Shown: positions 1-6,706, counted from the stretch's first letter. The stretch is DNA of 7,281 bases from Octopus sinensis (GCF_006345805.1 NW_021828936.1:1-7281); one strand, 5' to 3'. Notes: a model not told the origin generated them from the sequence alone. Numbers and translations: made by a program.

Positions 1-76
1 GCGTATGGATACCCTGCTGAAGGGCTGAAGGGTATATATATATATATTTATATATATATATTTATTTTTATATATG

Positions 77-356
77 TTCTTTTATTTTACTTGTTTCAGT
101 CATTTGACTATGGCCATGCTGGAGCACCGCCTCTAGTCGAGCAAATCGACCCCAAGACTTATTCTTTTTAAGTCCAGCGGTTCTTGCCAAGACGCTAATT
201 GACGGGGATGTAAACACCCCAGCATCGGTTGTCAAGCGATGTTGGAGGGACAAAAAGGCACACACACTCACACACGCATATATGTATATATATATTTATA
301 TACGACGGGCTTCTTTCAGTTTCCATCTCCCAAATATATTCATACACACACACACG

Positions 357-400
<44 letters not shown>

Positions 401-569
401 TATTTACGACGGGGCTTCCTTCAGTTTCTGTCTACCAGATTCATTCACAAGGCTTTGGTCGCTCGAGGCTATAGCAGAAGTCACTCGCTCAAGGTGCCAC
501 GCAGTGGGACTGAACCCGGAACCATGTGCTTGGTTCGCAAGCTACTTAACGCACCGCCAACCCCGCCTC
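77..569 (-). mobile_element. tRNA-derived SINE, family 1 (CORE-like body, octopus OR-type by recall), near full length
   Basis: On the minus strand: degenerate A box near 549-559, B box GGTTCAGTCCC (506-516), then CORE-like GTGGCACCTTGAGCGAGTG, internal (TA)/(CA) tracts, and a 3' end ...CAGCATGGCCATAGTCAAATGACTGAAACAAGTAAAA. Clear homology to 3742-4033, 6420-6557, 6613-6706 and 6727-6952. Confidence 0.88.
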
Positions 570-594
570 TATTTCGAGAGTTATCTCCACTTAC

Positions 595-1070
595 TTTCCA
601 TCTCCTATTCCAACTTAAATCTACTTCCGGCATCAGTAAATTTGAAATTAATTGGGACCCCGGATCCGTTGCAACCGTTTAAAACTAAACTGAGGTAAGG
701 CAGGCTTTTTTATTTCATTCGGGACCATTTAACGCTTGAATGAACATCCTTTCATCTTAAACTCTGTCTGTGTGTCTATAAATTAATGATACGATATTAA
801 TTATCGTAAAAGTGCGTGATCCAATTATGAGATCAGGAAATTAATGCTTTTGTTTTTCGTTACGAAACTTACAAGGGCGTGGCCGCTTTGTGGCGGGAAC
901 AGAGATGGAGGTAACACAGAGTAGGGTCTCTGTTAAGTCAGCCTGAAATGGTGGGGTTTTGTGTAGATGTTTTAACAAGGGTGGATTTCTCCGCTGTGGA
1001 AACTAGATACCATTTAATTAAGAAGAGTGGTCCTGGTGCGCGCACTCGTTTACTCGCGCACGCGCGCTAG
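595..1070. promoter_or_regulatory. Candidate CpG-rich, housekeeping-type (possibly bidirectional) promoter region
   Basis: ETS CCGGAAGT (623-630, minus), CCAAT boxes (ATTGG 651-655, CCAAT 821-825), Sp/KLF GGGCGTGGC (875-883), E2F TGGCGGGAA (891-899), NRF1-consensus CGCGCACGCGCG (1055-1066). Splice-donor-like sites point outward at 594 (minus) and 695 (plus). Motif evidence only. Confidence 0.4.
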
Positions 1071-1241
1071 ATAGTCGTGACTAGTCGATCCTACAACGAC
1101 TACCTAGCAAAGTAAATGAAACACAAAAACACAAAGTAAGGATCGACTAGTCACGACTAGCTTCCTCGGATGCGCTTGTACGCGATTGCGCGCACTCGTC
1201 TTAGGTCGTACCCTGTAAATTAATGTGTGTCTATAAATTAA
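769..1241. mobile_element. Putative unclassified insertion (787-1223) bracketed by an 18-bp direct repeat
   Basis: TGTGTGTCTATAAATTAA occurs exactly at 769-786 and 1224-1241. The interior is palindrome-rich and CpG-rich relative to the AT-rich sequence downstream. Confidence 0.4.
1036..1195. repeat. Long inverted repeat / foldback (57-bp arms, 46-nt spacer)
   Basis: Perfect 21-bp IR TAGTCGTGACTAGTCGATCCT (1072-1092) / AGGATCGACTAGTCACGACTA (1139-1159). It extends ungapped to 1036/1195 with 46 of 57 positions Watson-Crick complementary by hand count. Confidence 0.93.
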
Positions 1242-1248
1242 AACTGAA

Positions 1249-1300
1249 TGTGTGTGTGTGTGTACGTTTGTGTGTGCATGTGTGTGTGTGGTGTGTGTGT
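1249..1300. repeat. Interrupted (TG)n microsatellite
   Basis: Directly visible. Confidence 0.85.
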
Positions 1301-1591
1301 ATATTATTGATACGTTCTTTCTGCATCTGGATCCCCTTCAAGTTTTGGCTGCTATGTCTAGTATGATGGTATCTCTTAGATACTCTTTTTCATAATTTTA
1401 ATAATTTCGTGTATATATATACATGATTTGTGTATAATTATATGTGGTATATGTATATAACATGTTCCAGCTGGGGCGTGTTTGAACAATTCAGACGAAT
1501 AGAAGCCATATGTATTGAAATCTAAATTTTTGTCTGCTCTCCATGTTTAAAATTTTATGGAAAGCGACAAGAAAATGCGTGGGTGAGAATG

Positions 1592-1712
1592 ATAGAGAGA
1601 GAGAGAGAGAGTGGAAGAGAAATAGAATAAGAGATCAAGAGAGGGTGAAATAGATTGAATGAAAGGCAGAGGGAGAAATAGATACATATATAATTAGACT
1701 TAGAGTGAGGGA
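1592..1712 (+). repeat. (GA)n tract plus degenerate purine-rich 28-bp tandem repeat
   Basis: (GA)n at about 1594-1611. GWGAAATAGA recurs at 1617, 1645 and 1673 (period 28). Confidence 0.6.
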
Positions 1713-1893
1713 GAGAATAAAACAGGTAGACAATCTAGTTTATCTAATCCCCCTCTCTATCAAGCTGTTCAATGTTCATTCTCACTCTCTGTCTGACTCT
1801 CTCCCACTAAAGAAGGACATTGTGGAAGACAATTTAAATGCTAGAAATAGCAGCAAAACAACTCCTTAGAAATATGGTATGATGATTTTAACA

Positions 1894-1933
1894 ATATATA
1901 TATATATATTTATCTATATATATATATAATATA

Positions 1934-1981
<48 letters not shown>

Positions 1982-2532
1982 ATATATGTGGTGGTGTGTG
2001 TATATATATGTGTGTGTGTGTGGTGTGTATATATATATGTGTGTGTGTGTGTATATATATATGTGTGTGGTGTGTGTATATATATATGTGTGTGTGGTGT
2101 GTATATATATGTGTGTGTGTGTGTGTATATATATATGTGTGTGTGTGTGTAATATATATGTGTGTGTGGTGTATATATATATGTGTGTGTGGTGTGGTAT
2201 ATATATATGTGTGTGTGTGTGTGTATATATATGTGTGGTGTGTGTATATATATATATATGTGTGTGTGTATATATATATGTGTGTGTGTGTGTGTATATA
2301 TATATATGTGTGTGTGTTGTGTGTGTATATATATATATGTGTGGTGTGTGTGTATATTATATATATGTGTGTGTGTGTGTGTTATATATATATGGTGTGT
2401 GTGTGGTATATATATATGTGTGTGTGTGTGTGTGTATATATATGTGTGTGTGTGTGTGGTGTATATATATATACATGTGTGTGTGTGTATATATATATAC
2501 ATGTGTGTGTGTGTATATATATATCTATATAT
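1894..2532. repeat. Compound (TA)n/(TG)n micro/minisatellite, about 640 bp
   Basis: Alternating blocks of (TA)3-7 and (TG)3-9 with recurring GG interruptions, preceded by a nearly pure (TA)n tract. Confidence 0.97.
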
Positions 2533-2534
2533 TT

Positions 2535-3115
2535 ACATACCTGTGCATACCTTCCTTCTTGTGACACTTGTGAAGACCTGTTGAGGCAAGTGAAAATCAA
2601 AATCAAAACAAATCAAAATAGATGAACATCAATGGAATTTGTATCCTTGTGGTACCAGTGCCGGTGGCACGTGGCACACAAGAAAACCATCCGAACGTGG
2701 CCGTAGCCAGTACCGCATCGACTGGCCTCTGTGCTGTGGGCACGTAACAAGCACCATCCGATCGTGGCCGTTTTGCCAGCCTCATCTGGCACCTGTGTCG
2801 GTGGCACATAAAAACACCATCCGAGCGTGGCCGTCTGCCAGCCTCGTCTGGCACCTGTGTCGGTGGCACATAAAAAAAAAACACCATCCGAGCGTGGCCG
2901 TTTGCCAGCCTCGTCTGGCACCTGTGTCGGTGGCACATAAAATCACCCACTACACTCTCGGAGTGGTTGGCGTTAGGAAGGGCATCCAGCTGTAGAAACA
3001 CTGCCAGATCTGACTGGACTGGTGCAGCTTTCGGGCTCCCCAGACCCCAGTTGAACCGTCCAACCCATGCTAGCATGGAAGGCGGACGTTAAATTATGAT
3101 GATGATGATGATGAT
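2535..3115 (+). mobile_element. Non-autonomous non-LTR retroposon (RTE-related by recall) with (GAT)n tail and internal ~63-67-bp tandem units
   Basis: (ATG/GAT)n tail at 3096-3115, preceded by the palindrome CCATGCTAGCATGG (3065-3078). The motif GGTTGGCGTTAGGAAGGGCATCCAGC resembles RTE-clade UTR sequence. A second copy lies on the minus strand at 6972-7215. The 5' boundary is uncertain. Confidence 0.78.
2657..2947 (+). repeat. Tandem array of about 4.5 copies of a 63-67-bp unit
   Basis: ACCATCCG starts at 2686, 2753, 2816 and 2883. Unit consensus ACCATCCGAGCGTGGCCGTYTGCCAGCCTCGTCTGGCACCTGTGTCGGTGGCACATAAAAAC. Confidence 0.93.
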
Positions 3116-3124
3116 ATATATATA

Positions 3125-3159
<35 letters not shown>

Positions 3160-3162
3160 GTA

Positions 3163-3203
<41 letters not shown>

Positions 3204-3218
3204 ATATGTATGTATATA

Positions 3219-3265
<47 letters not shown>

Positions 3266-3284
3266 GCAAATATATATGTCTATG

Positions 3285-3317
<33 letters not shown>

Positions 3318-3332
3318 TATATATATACATAC
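3114..3332. repeat. (TA)n microsatellite with TG/TATG interruptions
   Basis: Directly visible. Confidence 0.95.
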
Positions 3333-3420
3333 ATTTACCCACCCTCATTAGTGAGAGTGGATGAATATATACTTTCATACATACTTATATATATATCTGT
3401 AGTTTCATAGTTGTTATTTC

Positions 3421-3510
3421 GTCAACCCTGAAATGATAATTTAGTGTTGAATAATAGAATTCGAACCCAGAATGTAGGCTTCCAGCAAATAACTATAAAT
3501 AATACCAACA
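3421..3510 (-). mobile_element. Old SINE relic (B-box region), paralogous to 6089-6170
   Basis: ATTCGAACCCAGAATGTA is shared exactly with 6119-6136. Its reverse complement is a B box (GGGTTCGAAT) and aligns loosely to the family at 4486-4882. Confidence 0.5.
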
Positions 3511-3629
3511 GGATATGTGGTTATCAAGACATAGTAGTAATTGACGCTTTGTGTGTGTGTGTGCCCGTGCATGCGTGTGGCGACTACTTCGATTTTGTTG
3601 TGTTTGTGTTTCTGTATATATCTGTGCAT

Positions 3630-3633
3630 GTAT

Positions 3634-3720
<87 letters not shown>

Positions 3721-3738
3721 CATATATATATATATATA
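3630..3738. repeat. (TA)n microsatellite
   Basis: Directly visible. Confidence 0.95.
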
Positions 3739-3741
3739 AAG

Positions 3742-4033
3742 TGACACGTGACTGTGTGGTGAGAAGCTTGCTTACCTACCACATTGTTCTGAGTTCAATC
3801 TCACAGCGAGGCACCTTTGGTGAGTGTCTTATGCTATAGCCACGGGCTGACCCAATCCTTGTGAGTAGATTTGGCAGACGGAAACTGAAAGAAGCCCATC
3901 GGATGTATATATATGTGTTTGTGTTAGTGTTTGACACCGCACCATCGCTTCACAACCAATGCTGTTGTGTTTACGTCCCCGTAACTTTGCGGTTCGGCGA
4001 AAGGTACCGATAGAATAACTACTAGACTTAAAA
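3742..4033 (+). mobile_element. tRNA-derived SINE family 1, diverged, 3'-truncated
   Basis: A-box-like TGACTGTGTGG (3749-3759), B-box-like GAGTTCAATCTC (3791-3802), and GACGGAAACTGAAAGAAGCCC shared with the other family-1 copies. Confidence 0.85.
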
Positions 4034-4146
4034 AGCAAGCAAATACATACATATATACGCACATATACATACACATATATATACATATATAAATAGTAAA
4101 TAAAGTTACTTCTGTTGGCAGCTAGACGCATGGGAACAGTCTACCT

Positions 4147-4226
4147 TGGCATATATATTCCGCATATGGACGGGACAACAGTCCATCGCAGGGTGAGTCA
4201 TTCTTGCCAAAAAATGTGAATTGGAG
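4147..4226 (-). mobile_element. Degraded fragment of the SINE family at 5704-5950
   Basis: TGGCATATATATTCC...TGGACGGGACAACAGTCCATCGCAGGGTGAGTCATTCTTGCCA aligns to 5756-5832. Confidence 0.65.
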
Positions 4227-4240
4227 TCCAACTCGTCGCA

Positions 4241-4951
4241 AGTGTTCATTAAACTAAAACACCTAAAGCTCTTCGAGGCTCCAGCATGGGCTGGTGGCGA
4301 ACCCTGCTGTATTATTTCACCACAACTTTCTCTCACGCTGTCTTCCTGTTTCTGTTGTACCTTTATTTTAAAGGGGGCTGCCGTGTCACACTATGTGTCA
4401 CGCTGAATCTCACCGAGAACTACGTTAAGGGTACATGTGTCTGTGGAGTACTCAGCTACTTGCATATTAATTTCACGAAGAGTCTAAGGCGGCGAACTGT
4501 CAGAAACGTTAGCACGCCGGGCGAAATGCTTAGCAGTATTTCGTCTGCCGCTATGTTCTGAGTTCAAATTCCGCCGAGGTTGACTTTGCCTTTCATCGTT
4601 TCGGGGTCGATTAAATAAGGAACAGTTACGCACTGGGGTCGATATAATCGACTTAATCCGTTTGTCAGTCCTTGTTCGTCCCCTCTCTGTTTAGCCCCCT
4701 TTCGGTTGTAAAGAAATAGGTATTTCGTCTGTCTTTACTTTCTGAGTTCAAATTCCTCCGAGGTCGACTTTGCCTTTCATCCTTTCGGGGTGGATAAATC
4801 AAGTACAAGTTCCGTCCTGGTGTAGATCTAATCGATGGCCCCCTTCCCTAAAATTTCGGACCTTTTGCCTAGAGTAGAAAAGAATTTCACGAGTAGTCTT
4901 CCGTTGACTGGATTAACTGGAAACCTCTTCGTCTTAACCGACGGAGTGCCA
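4241..4951 (+). mobile_element. Head-less SINE interrupted by a nested SINE at 4486-4882
   Basis: 4241-4352 is the reverse complement of the body of the tRNA-headed element at 5511-5610 (AAAACACCTAAAGCTC...GGTGGCGAACCCTGCTGTA...TTCCTGTTTCT). The sequence resumes after the TSD at 4883. The 3' end at 4951 rests partly on recall of the family. Confidence 0.7.
4486..4882 (+). mobile_element. Dimeric tRNA-derived SINE (Nin-like domain by recall) with 17-bp TSD
   Basis: B boxes GAGTTCAAATTCC at 4560-4572 and 4744-4756. Both monomers carry GACTTTGCCTTTCATCSTTTCGGGGTSGAT. TSD is AATTTCACGAagAGTCT (4469-4485) / AATTTCACGAgtAGTCT (4883-4899). Confidence 0.88.
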
Positions 4952-5041
4952 TAGTATTATATATATACACGCACACACATATATCTATATATATACAAGA
5001 CATATAAATATTATTAAAGATAATGTTACTATCTAACAAGA

Positions 5042-5180
5042 ATAAATGTTGATGACGAAGCTGTTTTGGTTGAAAGGATCTGAAGAATTAGTAAGGAAGA
5101 AGATAGGAGCTTGTTACCATGGTGGAAATGACCATAACTGATTTGATGGAAGTAAAACAGAAATACTATAGGGTACAACC
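5042..5180 (+). pseudogene. Possible decayed Ty3/Gypsy integrase C-terminal (GPY/F) fragment
   Basis: Frame from 5042 reads INVDDEAVLVERI*RISKEEDRSLLPWWK*P*LI*WK*NRNT, then YRVQ after a -1 shift. This resembles GD.VLV...KL.P.W.GPY.I...NTY.V if TGA derives from GGA and TAA from TAY. Confidence 0.35.
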
Positions 5181-5411
5181 CGTGCAAAGTAAAGGCCAAG
5201 AATAGATACAGTGGTATGGAAGTTAAGAGAGAAGTGGGCTCCAGATGCGGGAGTTGGATAGGGGCACATATGAAATTAACTTCCCATAATCTCCAAGAGG
5301 ACGTGTAGAAGTAACTCATAGTTTCTCTTCCTTGGGAGTGGGGTTTATGAGATTGTTTTGCCCACACTCACACTCGTTCTCTCTGTGCCATTCTCTGTCC
5401 GTATCTTTTTA

Positions 5412-5695
5412 TGTGCCCTTTTCAAGCCTAGTCAGCGCTCATGGGCCCGGTTTATGCGGCATATGTGTTCCCCAGCTGGACGGGACGCCAGTCCATCACA
5501 GCGTTACCAAAGAAACAGGAAGAAAGTTGGGGCGAAAGAGTAGAACAGGGGTTCGCCACCACACCCTGCCTGAGCCTCGTGGAGCATTAGGTGTTTTCGC
5601 TCAATAAACACACACAACACACGGTCTGGTAATCGAAACCGCCATCCTCCGACCGCGATCCGCTCCCCTAAGCACAGAGCCATTGCGCCTCCACA
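5412..5695 (-). mobile_element. tRNA-derived SINE (body Y + V-domain-like tail)
   Basis: Minus-strand A box TGGCTCTGTGCT (5671-5682) and B box GGTTTCGATTACC (5628-5640). The 3' part GTGATGGACTGGCGTCCCGTCCAG resembles V-SINE sequence (recall) and is shared with 5705-5806. Confidence 0.82.
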
Positions 5696-5703
5696 AAATA
5701 AAT

Positions 5704-5950
5704 TCGCCCTTTTAAAGCCTAGACAGGCTCATGGGCCCGGTTTCCCGGTTTCAATGGCGCATGTGTTCCCCAGCTGGAGGGGTCGCCAGTCCATCGCAAC
5801 GTTACTCATTTTTGCCAGCTGAGTGGACTGGAGCAACGTGAAATGAAGTGTTTTGCTCATAAACCCAACGCGTCGCCCCGTCCAGGAATCGAAACCACAA
5901 TCATGCGATCATGATGCTGACACCCTAACCACTAAGCCACGCGCCTACAC
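5704..5950 (-). mobile_element. tRNA-derived SINE (body X + same V-domain-like tail)
   Basis: Canonical A box TGGCTTAGTGG (5929-5939) and B box GGTTTCGATTCC (5885-5896) on the minus strand. Its tail is homologous to 5414-5507. Confidence 0.85.
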
Positions 5951-6088
5951 CCTACGTCCTTATATAAATAGAATAATCATCTACAAGGTGCACCTCGAGC
6001 TACAAATAATTCTGCTTACTACAATTATAAGGTTTTAACTTTTGCTAATTAATTATATCGACGCCAAAGTTAATCTTGAGAGAATTGT

Positions 6089-6170
6089 ATCGACCCTCAA
6101 ATGATAAAAGGTGACGGGATTCGAACCCAGAATGTAAATTACCAAGGAATAGTTATAAATATTACTAACA
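6089..6170 (-). mobile_element. Old SINE relic paralogous to 3421-3510
   Basis: TCGACCCTCAAATGATAA...ATTCGAACCCAGAATGTA...AATAGTTATAAATATTACTAACA aligns with 3422-3510. Confidence 0.5.
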
Positions 6171-6419
6171 AGTCATTGAGTGTTTCTCTTGCAGTAATTG
6201 TTGATATGAAACAGGTGTGCCTGTGTGTGTGCGAATCGAAGAAAAGGTGTTTGTGTGACTTATGCCACAATAAGCGAAGAGTGTTGTTACACTTGACTTA
6301 ACATTAACAACTGAAGTCGCTTTTATAAAAAAAAATTATACTTCTATCCCAGTAAACAACTCTATATACACCCACATCCATCTTTCTCTATATTCTTTTA
6401 TTCGTTCCCCTATTTTTTG

Positions 6420-6557
6420 AGGCATTTAACCGGACCCATGCGGCAGCACCGCCTCCAGTCGAACAAATCAATCCGGGTACATATCCGTTGTAAGCCGTGT
6501 ACTTATCCTATCGTCTGTTTTGCCGAACAGCTAAGTTACGCGGACATAAACACACCA
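6420..6557 (-). mobile_element. Diverged 3' fragment of SINE family 1
   Basis: GCACCGCCTCCAGTCGAACAAATC...TTTTGCCGAACAGCTAAGTTACGCGGACATAAACACACCA aligns to 6770-6898. Confidence 0.8.
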
Positions 6558-6559
6558 GG

Positions 6560-6608
6560 GGAGAGAGAGAGAGAGAGTGAGAGAGAAGGAGAGAAGGAGA
6601 GAAAGAGC
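6560..6608. repeat. (GA)n microsatellite
   Basis: Directly visible. Confidence 0.85.
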
Positions 6609-6612
6609 GTGT

Positions 6613-6706
6613 GAGGCCATTTAGGCAAGTGTGTTTACTGTAGCCTTGGGCCATCAAAATCTTGTGAGTGAATTTGGTGAACGGAAACTGAAAGAAGCCC
6701 GTCTTA
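6613..6706 (+). mobile_element. CORE-like central fragment of SINE family 1
   Basis: GGCAAGTGTG...CTTGTGAGTGAATTTGGTGAACGGAAACTGAAAGAAGCCCGTC aligns to 3808-3900. Confidence 0.8.

Noticed and set aside
12-32. CTGAAGGG direct repeat / hammerhead-like CCCTGCTGAAG at the window edge
   Set aside because: Too short and truncated by the window start, and it lacks the CUGANGA and GAAA cores.
915-1013. Minus-strand peptide ...EKSTLVKTSTQNPTISG*LNRDP resembling the end of a Penelope GIY-YIG domain
   Set aside because: The match is only 4 residues (LNRD) beside an in-frame stop and cannot be distinguished from chance without a search.
1888-2625. Long ORFs (about 200 aa) rich in IY/HT/CV dipeptides, and similar ORFs at 195-698, 2973-3364 and 3441-3839
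   Set aside because: They are translations of stop-free (TA)n/(TG)n/(CA)n microsatellites and carry no protein signal.
2686-2947. CRISPR-like periodic repeat (about 65-bp period)
   Set aside because: The whole unit is repeated with no unique spacers, there are no cas genes, and the context is eukaryotic.
2603-3076. ORFs of 107-157 aa with repeated peptide motifs
   Set aside because: They arise on both strands from the GC-rich tandem unit of a retroposon, and the variable A-linker shifts the frame between units.
5029-5367. 112-aa minus-strand ORF as a real gene
   Set aside because: No recognisable domain, it has a non-ATG start, and it is better explained as the antisense of a purine-rich relic.
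5540-5600. HDV-like ribozyme resemblance (GCTCCACGAGGC...GGCGAA on the minus strand)
   Set aside because: I could not build the P1 and P2 pairings; the CAGGG/CCCTG segments simply form a local hairpin.
5875-5950. Functional tRNA gene (also the heads near 500-569, 3742-3805 and 5620-5695)
   Set aside because: A/B boxes are present but there is no clean acceptor stem or cloverleaf, and each head runs into a SINE body.
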